DNA of 64,000 nucleotides from a virus, in IMG/VR virus record IMGVR_UViG_3300040771_000127. The stretch is one strand, 5' to 3'. Position 1 is the first letter of the stretch, and every line of letters begins with the position of its first letter. Shown here piece after piece: positions 10,080 through 19,973 of the stretch. The notes beneath the pieces were generated by a model, which worked only from the letters and a program-made list of their open reading frames with translations, searched no databases and was not told the origin of the DNA. The translations under genes and the position numbers were made by a program.

Positions 10080-10113
10080 ATAATTTGTATATTAGCAACT
10101 AAATTAAACTACT

Positions 10114-10497
10114 ATGCGCGGATACATAAAAGACTCAGGACTAACATATAACTTTACCTTGGATAAGGGTAAATTCTCTTTTTTAACAGGTGCGCAAAAA
10201 AAGCGATTTGACCTTTTGTTCTTTATGGGTTTTGATTTTACAAGAAGAATATATCGCCCAGAGTTTAGACCCGGATTAAGTTGGGTAATTCAAAAACCAA
10301 TGAGCTATGTACAGGGCGTTCAGGTTTTACTACTGGGTAATTTAAAGAATAAAATACTTGCCTTTGTGCAAAACATAGATATTACTTCCATGGGTATAGG
10401 TAAGAGCAGGGTTGAAAAATCCTATTACATTACTGTGGAATATACAGGTATAGAAGATACCAATAAAGATGTACAACAACTTGTAACAGTAATTTAA
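10114..10497 (+). CDS. Baseplate wedge protein gpW/gp25-like
   Basis: 127 aa immediately upstream of the J-like ORF (1-nt gap). Size and synteny match gpW/gp25. Confidence 0.5.
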   Translation: MRGYIKDSGLTYNFTLDKGKFSFLTGAQKKRFDLLFFMGFDFTRRIYRPEFRPGLSWVIQKPMSYVQGVQVLLLGNLKNKILAFVQNIDITSMGIGKSRVEKSYYITVEYTGIEDTNKDVQQLVTVI

Positions 10498-10498
10498 T

Positions 10499-11989
10499 AT
10501 GGCTGACACTAATATCACAAAAGAACAATTGCTAGAACAGTTGTCATACAAAGACAAAGATACCTTGGATAAGTTGCTTTTCTATGCGGATAATATTCTT
10601 ATTCCAGAGGAAGACTTATTGGTAAATGCTACTATGAAACAAATGATGGATAAGGCTTTCTCTTTGGCAGATACTTATTTTCCTGACTGGACAGATAGAG
10701 GTGTTTCTGATTTTGGTCGCTTTTTAATAGAGTTATTTGCTTTGTTTTCAGAAAAAGATTTTTACTACATCAATGGTTATGCTAACGAGAATTTGTTAAG
10801 TAAGATGAGTGTTTATTCAGATGCTTTTATGCGTTCTGTAGAACTTGGTTACTACCCTACTTTATGTAGATCTTCTGAAGCAACTTTCAATATAGGTTTT
10901 GCTCCATCTTTAGCTAGTTACATTATTCCTAGAGGTTCTTTAGTGGTTAACGTTTTGGGAAGCCCTTACTCCTTCATAAATTTAGATGACCTCACTATAG
11001 AGTCAAATAATTTAGAAACCACCCTACCCGTAAGGCTTAATGAGGGCAAACTTATAACTGAGACTTTTCAATTTAATTCTTTTTGTGTTTACGTAAGTAA
11101 GAGTAATATAGACACAGAAAGTTTAACGGTTCATATTAGTGACTTGCCTTGGACTAGGGTTAGAACTTTTGGGCAGTCAAATGCAAATAGTAAGCACTAT
11201 GTTGCTATACCAGAAGAAAACGGATCTATTAGAATTTATTTTGGTGATAGTAGTTATGGTAAGAGACCAGAACCTAATGAAGCCGTTACTATAGGTTATC
11301 TAAGATGTGCAGCTTCCGAAGCTAATGGTCTTTTTGGTCCAGCTACATTGAATAGTGCGCCTACGGAAGTGGATGTCACTACTGTAGAAATGCTAGAAGG
11401 TTCTAGTATGGGTTTAGTTCCTGATACACTTTCAGACTTAAAAAATAAGGCTAGAAATTACTTTTTTAATAACTACACACTTAACAACGTACCCGTAGTA
11501 CAATCATGGCTTGCTAGTCAATATGAGGTTAAGAAGAACTTTGTTAAGATCATAAACAACCAAGTATACTTTAGAATTGTTCCTGCTATCTCTACAGAAT
11601 CGGAGACTACAATATTAGACAAGTTGGTTGAAAGAATGCAGCCTTTGGTTACAGGAGGTTACTTCGCACAGGCTTTACTTACGGAATATGTAGCTGTTTT
11701 AAATATCTCAGTTCAGATTTATTTTCTTAAGGGATTTGGTACTACTATAAATATTGCTAAGGTAAGAAACCTTATCTCTGACTACACAAATCCATATACT
11801 TTGGCTAACTACGGTAGAAGTTTCTTGAAGTCGGAACTCGAGGTACTTTTAAAAAGTAAGATTACTGGTTTACAGAATGTCATATTTACAGACATAAACG
11901 GATCACTTTTAGATATAGTGGTTACTCCAGAAAAAATATTATCCAAGGTGCCTGATTCAGGTATAATAATAGACGCGTATGAAAATTAG
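10499..11989 (+). CDS. Baseplate J-like protein (gp6/gpJ family)
   Basis: 496 aa in the W-J-I-fibre order. Confidence 0.6.
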   Translation: MADTNITKEQLLEQLSYKDKDTLDKLLFYADNILIPEEDLLVNATMKQMMDKAFSLADTYFPDWTDRGVSDFGRFLIELFALFSEKDFYYINGYANENLLSKMSVYSDAFMRSVELGYYPTLCRSSEATFNIGFAPSLASYIIPRGSLVVNVLGSPYSFINLDDLTIESNNLETTLPVRLNEGKLITETFQFNSFCVYVSKSNIDTESLTVHISDLPWTRVRTFGQSNANSKHYVAIPEENGSIRIYFGDSSYGKRPEPNEAVTIGYLRCAASEANGLFGPATLNSAPTEVDVTTVEMLEGSSMGLVPDTLSDLKNKARNYFFNNYTLNNVPVVQSWLASQYEVKKNFVKIINNQVYFRIVPAISTESETTILDKLVERMQPLVTGGYFAQALLTEYVAVLNISVQIYFLKGFGTTINIAKVRNLISDYTNPYTLANYGRSFLKSELEVLLKSKITGLQNVIFTDINGSLLDIVVTPEKILSKVPDSGIIIDAYEN

Positions 11990-12704
11990 AGATCAGATAC
12001 CACAAGAACTTATAGATAGTAATGAATACTTGGATAGTTTTATAACTGTCCTAGATGGTATGAACGCCTATAAGGAGTATCAGGTTGATAGGCACGCACT
12101 ATTTTATAAATCTTTATTAATTGGTGACACTTCTTGGCTTAAAAAAAGGTTAGAGGACTACGGTTTCCCTACTATACCAGACAAACTGCCTAAGCAGTGT
12201 ATGGACGCTATGCTTATAAACGCTAGAAATATCATGGCGCTAAAAGGTAGTGATGTAGGTTTAAAATTCTTTTTATGGAGTCTAACTTTTGGTGAGATCT
12301 CTATTGACTGGACAGAGTTTTACCCGAACGTAAATAACCTTACTTTATCTGAATTTACGGGTAAGGGATTTTTACTTGCTGACAATCCCGAGGAAGTGGA
12401 CAACGTTAACTACTTACTTACGAATGATTCAGATCTTAATAGTCAAATACTAAGAATAGGCATTAAAAGTATATACTGGGAAAATGTACACGTTATTCAG
12501 TACATTAAAGAAAACATCACTAAATTTTTAAACTTTACAGAAGATGATTTTCAATTAGAGCTAGTAATGGTATCAGGTCCCTACTTTAGGATTCCTGAGC
12601 CTTATTGGTATTTTGTTAATCCAATAGACTACAGTGTAGTTAACATAGATGCTACTTTTGGTATAGGTAGAATGGTTATTGAAGACACTTTTATAGTAAC
12701 TTAA
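11979..12704 (+). CDS. Baseplate/tail protein gpI-like
   Basis: 241 aa, overlapping the J-like ORF by 11 nt and preceding the fibre. Confidence 0.5.
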   Translation: MKIRDQIPQELIDSNEYLDSFITVLDGMNAYKEYQVDRHALFYKSLLIGDTSWLKKRLEDYGFPTIPDKLPKQCMDAMLINARNIMALKGSDVGLKFFLWSLTFGEISIDWTEFYPNVNNLTLSEFTGKGFLLADNPEEVDNVNYLLTNDSDLNSQILRIGIKSIYWENVHVIQYIKENITKFLNFTEDDFQLELVMVSGPYFRIPEPYWYFVNPIDYSVVNIDATFGIGRMVIEDTFIVT

Positions 12705-12714
12705 AATTAAAATT

Positions 12715-15195
12715 ATGGCAGAATTAACCCCTAAACCGTTTTCAGCTATAAGCGGTTTTTTAAACAGAATATTTAAAGGCGCACCGGCTTACTATGCGCA
12801 ACCAGATTTACAACAATACTTTGATAGTTTGGAGTACTCTTTAAACAGAACCGCTAAATTACTTTTAGGAGATGTTTCAGGTAATGTTTTATTGCACCCC
12901 GATTCCTCTTGGAACCCTTCTAGAAATGCGTATACTCTTAGGTTAGTACTATCAGGAGAGTTAAAAATAGTTGTGGGCAAGTTGGAGGTAGTTTTACCTG
13001 AGGATTCCCTTGACTACTTGGATACTTTTCCTTTCTCAGGTGCTACTGTAGGTCAAGCTGACCCCGTAGGTGGTACGCCTATAATGTTGGGTAATATTAC
13101 TAACGTAGTTTTATTGGCTGACAGACGCGTAGTTACCTTTGCTCAAGACGCAGTTAAAGGAGGTATTACAGGCCCTACAGTAACAGAACCTTTGGAAAGT
13201 TCTGATGTAGTTGAGTATGTTAATTTTACTTTGGGTGTAGTAAAGGGGGATATTATTCCTGAGGTGTATGCTAACAAGGAAGTTGTTTGTGTTCTTGCCC
13301 AATTTACTTTCTATTTTGATGGTTACTGGAAGCCTTTACTTATACAAAACTACAGACAGGATAAAAGTGATATGGGTGTAGTACCCGTAGGTAAGTTTCC
13401 CGTTTTAAATAAAGTTCTTAGTCCTTTTGGGCAGTTTGACTGGTACAATAAAGTGGCTGATGCTCTTAATGCCTTAGCCCTAAGAATTGATGGTTCAAAT
13501 GATGCTCTAGTTGACCTATACGTTAACAAAGGTGCTGGTGGCAGGTTTAAATTTATTACTGCTCAAGATTATGCTACTACACTTAACGCAGGAATAAGTA
13601 AACTGGCTAGTGCTTCGGAGGTTTTGGATCCTCAGAATAATAGTTCCGTAATAACTCCGTTTGCTTTATATAAAGCCATGGGAGCTGTTAGAAGAATATA
13701 CGAGTTAGGTGTATGGGATATGGACACTACAGACACTATCACCATTTCCCACAATTTAGGATTAGAATGGTTGAAAGCTATTCCCTCTGTTTGTGGTGTG
13801 TTTACAGATACACACGATATTGCAAGTAACCTACTTTCAGATACTAACTCTAAGGTATATTTGGACGAAAATTTTATATATGTAGAAAGAGCAGTCGCAG
13901 GTATCTTTGATACGGCTAATTATAGTTCTTCGTTGTTAATTAATAGAGGTTATGTTATTTTGGATCTTGTAAATACGGCTGTGGAAGCTCCTTTGTCTGC
14001 TCCTATAGTTAGTGCGGGAATAGACTCGTCACTTTTAATAGCCTTAGGTTCTAATAGTATCACTTCTAATTTTGTAGGTGCTATTAATAGTATCGAGGCA
14101 GGGGCTAACGTAATATTCAGTGGTTGGGGATTAGTCTCGGGTCCCTCAGGTTCAAGTAGTGTAGTCTCGGGAGTGAATCAAGCAACATACACTTTTAATG
14201 CTCCAGGTGTTTATGTACTTAGATTTTCTGTGACAGTAACAGATGGTACGGATACAGTTACAGGTACGGATACAGTTACCGTTACAGTAACGGCTGATAC
14301 AGTTACCGTACCTTTGGCACAGTTAAGATGGTCTGACGGTACTAATACTGTACAATCTTTTTCGGAGTCTAGTCCTTACGTACTTACCTTATATGGAACT
14401 GTTTCCAATTTAGGTTTAACTACAAAAGTGGATCAAGAGTTTAGTTGGAGAAACAAACCTACAGGTAGTGCCGACTTTGGTGCTTGGGCTACTGCTCCTT
14501 TTAATACTTTCGCAAATACGGCTACCACGCATAATGTAACTTTTGCAGTAAATGTGGATTTAGGTACGGTAGAGTTCCGTGTTAGATTTAGAAATTCTGA
14601 AAATGTTTGGAGTGATTACTCTAACGTTCTTTTGGCTTCTGTAGCTCTTACGCAAGTACCAGCAGCTTTTGCTTATAATGGTTATGAAGTTTTAGCTATT
14701 AACAGTGGAAGTATAGGAGCGCCACCTAATTTAATTTGTTCAGCTTTATTCAACTATAGAGCAGTTGGAGTTCTTAATAACCCTAAATATACTTTTAGAT
14801 TGGCATCATATAAGAATTACATAGAGTACGACCCTAATAACGTTCAGGTACTACCTAGCCCAGTTTTAAATTATGATGTTACCCACAATTTTACACTGCC
14901 AGGTATTTTTGATTGCTCTACAGTACAAGGTGCAAATGACTTGGGTGCTGCAATTGCTACAGCTTTGGATGCAGTAAGTAACAATGCTTCTAACCACCTT
15001 AATGTAGCTCCTTACATAGATGCAAGTTTTAATTTTTTAGATCCTAATCCAGCAGGTGGTTTTACTATAGCCGTAGGTATCTTGGTAAGTAGAGGTTCTA
15101 ATACTGTAAACCAAGATTTACCTCTTACTAGTCCACCAAGACTTGCTACTAGAATAGGTCTTACAGCTTACTTTTCTAATTTCTTAACTAGTTAA
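12715..15195 (+). CDS. Tail fibre / receptor-binding protein with PKD-like domain
   Basis: 826 aa, the last ORF of the tail operon. Contains a PKD/Ig-like signature YTFNAPGVYVLRFSVTVTDGTDTVTGTDTVTVTVTADTVTV. A strong terminator follows. Confidence 0.65.
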   Translation: MAELTPKPFSAISGFLNRIFKGAPAYYAQPDLQQYFDSLEYSLNRTAKLLLGDVSGNVLLHPDSSWNPSRNAYTLRLVLSGELKIVVGKLEVVLPEDSLDYLDTFPFSGATVGQADPVGGTPIMLGNITNVVLLADRRVVTFAQDAVKGGITGPTVTEPLESSDVVEYVNFTLGVVKGDIIPEVYANKEVVCVLAQFTFYFDGYWKPLLIQNYRQDKSDMGVVPVGKFPVLNKVLSPFGQFDWYNKVADALNALALRIDGSNDALVDLYVNKGAGGRFKFITAQDYATTLNAGISKLASASEVLDPQNNSSVITPFALYKAMGAVRRIYELGVWDMDTTDTITISHNLGLEWLKAIPSVCGVFTDTHDIASNLLSDTNSKVYLDENFIYVERAVAGIFDTANYSSSLLINRGYVILDLVNTAVEAPLSAPIVSAGIDSSLLIALGSNSITSNFVGAINSIEAGANVIFSGWGLVSGPSGSSSVVSGVNQATYTFNAPGVYVLRFSVTVTDGTDTVTGTDTVTVTVTADTVTVPLAQLRWSDGTNTVQSFSESSPYVLTLYGTVSNLGLTTKVDQEFSWRNKPTGSADFGAWATAPFNTFANTATTHNVTFAVNVDLGTVEFRVRFRNSENVWSDYSNVLLASVALTQVPAAFAYNGYEVLAINSGSIGAPPNLICSALFNYRAVGVLNNPKYTFRLASYKNYIEYDPNNVQVLPSPVLNYDVTHNFTLPGIFDCSTVQGANDLGAAIATALDAVSNNASNHLNVAPYIDASFNFLDPNPAGGFTIAVGILVSRGSNTVNQDLPLTSPPRLATRIGLTAYFSNFLTS
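14245..14310 (+). repeat. Tandem coding repeat in the fibre gene
   Basis: GGTACGGATACAGTTACA (14245-14262) is repeated as GGTACGGATACAGTTACC (14263-14280), followed by related GTTACAGTAACGGCTGATACAGTTACCGTA. It encodes (G)TDTVT units. Confidence 0.6.
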
Positions 15196-15218
15196 TTTAC
15201 TGGTGTTAACAACAGATA

Positions 15219-15249
15219 ATCCCTTTACTTTTTGGTAAGGGGATTTTTT
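15219..15249 (+). terminator. Rho-independent terminator after the tail operon
   Basis: 10-bp stem ATCCCTTTAC/GTAAGGGGAT (one G-U pair), 6-nt loop, then TTTTTT. Confidence 0.7.
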
Positions 15250-15289
15250 ATTTGTTTTATAATTTAGGATTTATTACTATTAAAAGTTT

Positions 15290-15297
15290 TATATTTG
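15290..15297 (+). promoter_or_regulatory. Bacteroidota-type -7 promoter box TATATTTG
   Basis: Matches the TAnnTTTG consensus, 26 nt upstream of the helicase ATG and just after a terminator. Confidence 0.35.
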
Positions 15298-15322
15298 ACT
15301 AATAATAAGATACCCTTTCGAT

Positions 15323-16837
15323 ATGGCAAATATTTTAGGTCTAGGTAGAATTAATAAATCGGATATTACTATTGCTGAAATCCTTAGAGATTTAAGATTA
15401 GAAAATCCAGCCTACAGTAAACTTGTACAACTAGGCAAGTGGTTAAATCCAGACATTCCACAGTTTTTAGATTTCTTCTATGAGGACTCAGACTATTATT
15501 ATGTTCCTAGGTATTATAGTGAGTTAACTAGTAAGAACTTAGTTTTAGGTGACAAAGTTTTACACAACTTTAAGATCACTCTTAGGGATTACCAAATTAA
15601 ATACTTTTCGGATAATAAACTTTTAGAGATTAAGCAGGGATCTTTTATCATGAACATGAAAACAGGTAATGGTAAAACTGTTTGTGCATTGTACTTAATT
15701 AACGAGCTAAAGCGTAGAACTTTAATTGTGTGTGAGACTAGGTATTTAGTTAACCAGTGGGTTTCTAGAATCAATGATTTTGAGGACTCTCCAGCTATAG
15801 TATATAATAATAATATAATAATTAATAATAAAACTAAATTAGAAACTATACTAAACAATCCTATTTCAGTAATTACTTTAAAAGGTTATAATAGTTTAAA
15901 TAGTTTAGTCAAAGCAGCACTGGCTGAGCATATAGGTACTCTTGTAATGGATGAAGGTCATCGTCTAGGTGCAAAAACCTTTTACCCTATTTTGGAAGAG
16001 TTACCGGCTAAGTACAGAATACTTTTAACTGCCACGCTAAGAAGAAAAGATTCCATGATAGATATTATGCGTTATTCTTTCGGAGAGGTGTATGCATTAC
16101 CAAACCAATTACCCAAGGCTAGTTTATATTTTGTTAGAACAGGTGTTGCCATGACTACCCTTTTACCTAAAGAGGCTTTTGAAAACGTTGCTCAGGTTAA
16201 GTCTGAAATTGAAAAACACTCATTTGTGTATGAAACCAAGGATTATCTAGCATATCAAAGGAAAATGCCACCCAACACCCGTTTATTAAGTAAAAATGAT
16301 GCTAAGGCGTTTAAAAAATATTCTATTAGTACCAGTAATGTAGATTTAAACAAATTTTTGGCACAAGAACAAACACGTAGAAGAAAGGTGCTATCCTTAA
16401 TACGTAAGTGTGTAGCTAAAGGGCGTACCGTTTTATTGGCTTCACCTTTTTTAGATTTAATGTATGCTTTACAAAAAGGACTCCCAGAATTAAATACTTT
16501 CGTGTTAGATGGTGATACTAATGCTAAATTAAAACCAGAGCAGTTAGAAGAATTATTTTCTGATAAGCAGGTAATTTTTGGTAGTATGAAAGTAGTACAA
16601 GAAGGTATGGATGTAGAAAAGTTGGATACCCTTATAGTTTATATGCCTATTTCGGATATTGAACAGTTAGTTGGTAGGATCACTAGAATAATGGATGAAA
16701 AACTAAATCCTAAGGTGTTTTACTTCTCAGATAATATTCCATTTAGTTTTGCCATGATAAAAAAAGCTAAACAATTCGATGATAATTTCATTATAAAAGG
16801 TACTTTTGATTTCTTACAAATAATAAAAACAATTTAA
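15323..16837 (+). CDS. Superfamily 2 DNA helicase (DEAD/DEAH-like, DEGH box)
   Basis: Walker A NMKTGNGKTV, Walker B/DEGH LVMDEGHRLG, motif III LLTATL, plus a C-terminal helicase-like region. Confidence 0.7.
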   Translation: MANILGLGRINKSDITIAEILRDLRLENPAYSKLVQLGKWLNPDIPQFLDFFYEDSDYYYVPRYYSELTSKNLVLGDKVLHNFKITLRDYQIKYFSDNKLLEIKQGSFIMNMKTGNGKTVCALYLINELKRRTLIVCETRYLVNQWVSRINDFEDSPAIVYNNNIIINNKTKLETILNNPISVITLKGYNSLNSLVKAALAEHIGTLVMDEGHRLGAKTFYPILEELPAKYRILLTATLRRKDSMIDIMRYSFGEVYALPNQLPKASLYFVRTGVAMTTLLPKEAFENVAQVKSEIEKHSFVYETKDYLAYQRKMPPNTRLLSKNDAKAFKKYSISTSNVDLNKFLAQEQTRRRKVLSLIRKCVAKGRTVLLASPFLDLMYALQKGLPELNTFVLDGDTNAKLKPEQLEELFSDKQVIFGSMKVVQEGMDVEKLDTLIVYMPISDIEQLVGRITRIMDEKLNPKVFYFSDNIPFSFAMIKKAKQFDDNFIIKGTFDFLQIIKTI

Positions 16838-16840
16838 ACA

Positions 16841-17416
16841 ATGAAGGAACTAACCAACGACAATAGGGTTGAAAAAATAGCAGAACACTTTAAAGAGATT
16901 ATGTTATTACTAGGCTTGGATCTACAAGACGATAGTTTAAAAGATACACCACTAAGAGTTGCTAAGATGTATGTTAATGAGATATTCAGTGGTCTATTTA
17001 CTGAGCAGCCAAAGCTTACTTCTTTTGAAAACACTAAAGGTATAGATCAAATAGTTATAGTTAAAAATATTGAGATGACTTCTGTTTGTGAGCATCACTT
17101 TATGCCCATAGTAGGTAAAGTTCATATAGGTTACATACCTGATGGTAAAGTTTTAGGTTTAAGTAAGTTTAATAGAGTTGTACAATATGTTTCTGCTAGA
17201 CCCCAATTACAGGAACGCATTTTACAAGACATACACGGTATACTTACTCCACAGTTAGGAGAAAATATTATTATAGTGGCTGAAGCTGTCCACTTTTGTA
17301 GTTGTATGCGAGGTCCTAAAGATATGAGTTCTGCTACTGTCACTTCTTTAGCTACGGGTATGTTCCGTTATGACAAAAGTGTTAAAGATGAATTTTTTAA
17401 ACTTCTAGGCAAATGA
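16841..17416 (+). CDS. folE: GTP cyclohydrolase I (FolE)
   Basis: 191 aa with TPLRVAKMY and SVCEHHFMPIVGKVHIGYIP, the characteristic FolE active-site block. Confidence 0.85.
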   Translation: MKELTNDNRVEKIAEHFKEIMLLLGLDLQDDSLKDTPLRVAKMYVNEIFSGLFTEQPKLTSFENTKGIDQIVIVKNIEMTSVCEHHFMPIVGKVHIGYIPDGKVLGLSKFNRVVQYVSARPQLQERILQDIHGILTPQLGENIIIVAEAVHFCSCMRGPKDMSSATVTSLATGMFRYDKSVKDEFFKLLGK

Positions 17417-17721
17417 AAATAGCTACTACAACGCCCAGAAACCAAGAAGTCGTATTTCATAAATACTTAAATGATGCAGGAGATATACCTATACTAATAG
17501 ATATAATAACCGCTTCCGAACAGATACTTGTTCCTAAACCTGAGGAAGGTACGGAAGTTTTAATACGCTGGAATAGTGTTACAGGTAAAGTTACCGTACC
17601 GGCTAATGGTATGGATGTAGAGATGCTACCAGGTGAATACTTAGTAGGGTACAAAAACAAAAAACTAGAGGTAGTAAGTTCTAGGTATTTTAGAGAAAAT
17701 TTTAAACCAGTTAAAAATTAA
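17413..17721 (+). CDS. Hypothetical protein
   Basis: 102 aa with an ATGA overlap with folE. No motif recognised. Confidence 0.55.
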   Translation: MKIATTTPRNQEVVFHKYLNDAGDIPILIDIITASEQILVPKPEEGTEVLIRWNSVTGKVTVPANGMDVEMLPGEYLVGYKNKKLEVVSSRYFRENFKPVKN

Positions 17722-17727
17722 AGAATT

Positions 17728-18351
17728 ATGGAGTTATTTGTGTTGATTGTTTTCGGAGCATGGTTGTTACTAACTTTATTTATTAAAGCACCTATAGTGG
17801 TGACTATACCAAAATTTTGGTACGAGGGAATAACTTTGGGTTGGTTAATTATTCTCAGGAGAGAAAGTTATTCGGATCGTTTAGTTGCTCATGAGTACAT
17901 ACACTTTAAGCAACAGAAGGAGACACTTATTATTTTTGGTTACATTCTATACTTTACGGAATTTGTATGTAAGTCTATTTATTACAGATCATTTTTAAGA
18001 GGCTACCAAAATATTAGTTTCGAGCGTGAGGCTACTTTAATGAGTGGCGCTAGTTCTTACGTACTGGATAGAAAACCTTTTATATTTAGGCACTTTATAT
18101 TTATGGATTCTATTGCCACTGTATCTGTAGATTCCCCACGTTCAGAACACCTAAAAGTGTTTAAAATTGGTAGAGGAGGAGTTTTTAAGTGTGTAGGTAA
18201 TCATACTACAGCTATAAAAATGCTTAACTTTTCGATACCTAAAGGTCAAAAATTTAAAATTCTCAAGGTTAAAAAAGGTACTTCCTTATACCAAGTGTAC
18301 GGAGACAATACCTTCGTAGTCCTTGAAAACACTATGCTTCCCAAGGGTTAG
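17728..18351 (+). CDS. Membrane-associated protein with HExxH motif (putative zinc peptidase)
   Basis: 207 aa with N-terminal TM segments, then LVAHEYIHFKQQKE (HExxH) and a later ...FEREA.... Confidence 0.4.
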   Translation: MELFVLIVFGAWLLLTLFIKAPIVVTIPKFWYEGITLGWLIILRRESYSDRLVAHEYIHFKQQKETLIIFGYILYFTEFVCKSIYYRSFLRGYQNISFEREATLMSGASSYVLDRKPFIFRHFIFMDSIATVSVDSPRSEHLKVFKIGRGGVFKCVGNHTTAIKMLNFSIPKGQKFKILKVKKGTSLYQVYGDNTFVVLENTMLPKG

Positions 18352-18375
18352 TAAATCTAAATTAAGAAATTAAAA

Positions 18376-18410
18376 AAGCCTACTTTGTAATTAAATTAGG
18401 CTTTCTTATT
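18376..18410 (+). terminator. Hairpin terminator
   Basis: AAGCCTA (18376-82) pairs with TAGGCTT (18397-403) and is followed by a T-rich tract. Confidence 0.5.
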
Positions 18411-18478
18411 ATTGTCAATGTTCAAACGAAATAACTGAACAGATGTAAACTATTTTTAAACCATTAAATTATTGCAAG

Positions 18479-19465
18479 ATGCAAAAAACAATTATCCAGT
18501 CAAAAGTGACTATCGTATTACAGATTACTGCAGGACAACCATTAGACGCTATCGTACATGATGGTAAGGCGTACATTGAATATCCAATGCCTGAAGGTAT
18601 TACTATTGGTATGTCAGGTGGTTCAGATGCTCCACCAGTAGCTAAAAGTATTTCTAAAGTAGTTGAGACTGCTAGAGAAACTAAAAAAGTTGAGGACGTT
18701 GCCACTGCTAAAAAAGAAGTAGCTACTAAAGAGGCTGCTAAAGTTGCTAAGAAAGTTGCCAGTACCATAGTGTACACCGAGGAAGAGTTAATGGATGTTG
18801 CTACTTTCCCAGTTACCAAGCTTCTTAAAATTTGTGAGGAAAGAGGAATCGATATTCCTAAAGAAGGTAAGAATACCAACAAGAAACTTCGCTTACTTAT
18901 TATTGATGCGCAAAAAGATGTTGTTGACGAGGAGGAAGAGGAAGAAGACCCAATGGTAGATGCTGATACACCACCAGTAAAAAAAGCGGGTAAAAAAGCT
19001 CCAGTTGTTGACGAGGAGGAAGAAGAGGAAGATGAAGTTTCCACACTAGTTAAGTTGTTTACAGATTTCGATGATGTTGAAATTGACGAGAAGCAATTGT
19101 TAGCAGGTTTGATTGACTTCGGTTATGTTAAGAAAGATGCCCAAGGTATCATCGATGATTTTAACAATGAGACTGAAATGGAAATTGCTGACTTCGTAGA
19201 CGCGTTACTTTCTGAGGAGGAAGAAGAAGTTGAAGAAGAGGAAGAAGATGATGCCCCAGTTGCCAAAACTGGTAAAAAGAAAAAAGTTGAATTTGCTGAC
19301 CTAGTAGTAGGTGACAGAGTTAGTGTTTACTTTGAAAGTGAAGAAGACTACTTTGATGGTACAGTAGCGTCCCTTGGTAGAGGCGGTAAAGTAACCGTAG
19401 ACTACGATGATAACACATCGGACGTATTGACCAAAGAAGAGAACACAACAGTTTACAAAAAATAG
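18479..19465 (+). CDS. Highly acidic protein with poly-Glu tracts and C-terminal Tudor/SH3-like domain
   Basis: 328 aa with three acidic runs (VVDEEEEEEDP, VVDEEEEEEDE, SEEEEEVEEEEEDD). The C-terminus reads VGDRVSVYFESEEDYFDGTVASLGRGGKVTVDYDD. It is the first gene after a terminator. Confidence 0.6.
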   Translation: MQKTIIQSKVTIVLQITAGQPLDAIVHDGKAYIEYPMPEGITIGMSGGSDAPPVAKSISKVVETARETKKVEDVATAKKEVATKEAAKVAKKVASTIVYTEEELMDVATFPVTKLLKICEERGIDIPKEGKNTNKKLRLLIIDAQKDVVDEEEEEEDPMVDADTPPVKKAGKKAPVVDEEEEEEDEVSTLVKLFTDFDDVEIDEKQLLAGLIDFGYVKKDAQGIIDDFNNETEMEIADFVDALLSEEEEEVEEEEEDDAPVAKTGKKKKVEFADLVVGDRVSVYFESEEDYFDGTVASLGRGGKVTVDYDDNTSDVLTKEENTTVYKK

Positions 19466-19488
19466 TTAAGTTCCTTTATTTCAGTATT

Positions 19489-19516
19489 AGCCCCGATTAG
19501 CGTTGGGGCTTTTATT
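19489..19516 (+). terminator. Rho-independent terminator
   Basis: AGCCCC/GGGGCT stem with a 10-nt loop, followed by TTTTATT. Confidence 0.6.
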
Positions 19517-19538
19517 CGTTTAACTAAATTCTAATTTT

Positions 19539-19973
19539 ATGCCAGGTAAAAAAGCAGTAAGAAGACAGAAGAAAATTTTAGTTACTGTAACTCCAGAAGA
19601 GGTACGTAGTTACATTACCCTTAAAGATAGACACGCTAAAATAGGTAAACAACTTGAGACTTATAAAACCAAATTTAATGAGTATGCCGAGAGCGTAGGT
19701 TTTGAAGAGGACAGAAAAGTTGTTATTGAGCGAGAAGGTCACACAGTCACGGTTACTGAGACCGCACAAATTAAAGTTAGTCCTGAGGCTTTAAACATTA
19801 TAGAAAGTAGCCGACGATTTCGACGATTCAAGGATTGTATTGAGACCGTTAAAGTAGTTAATTCAGAAATACTTATGCAGGATCTCGAAAAAGCTTTACT
19901 TAATAAAGAGATCACAAAGGAAGACTCAGACAAAATAATAACTACCACTTATGGTACTAGAGTAACAATGTAA
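19539..19973 (+). CDS. Hypothetical protein
   Basis: 144 aa ORF in the co-directional array. No motif recognised. Confidence 0.55.
   Translation: MPGKKAVRRQKKILVTVTPEEVRSYITLKDRHAKIGKQLETYKTKFNEYAESVGFEEDRKVVIEREGHTVTVTETAQIKVSPEALNIIESSRRFRRFKDCIETVKVVNSEILMQDLEKALLNKEITKEDSDKIITTTYGTRVTM

Noticed and set aside
16841-17416. Possibility that the T-fold enzyme is QueF (preQ0 reductase) rather than FolE
   Set aside because: The CEHHFMP block and the overall collinearity are those of GTP cyclohydrolase I. The QueF-type E(S/L)K(S/A)hK motif was not seen anywhere in the window.
18469-19044. 191-aa minus-strand ORF rich in Ser/Thr, antisense to the acidic protein gene
   Set aside because: It mirrors the GAA/GAG-rich coding strand (poly-Glu reads as poly-Ser/Phe in antisense). 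It is low-complexity, lies fully inside a better + strand ORF, and no other minus-strand gene exists in the window.
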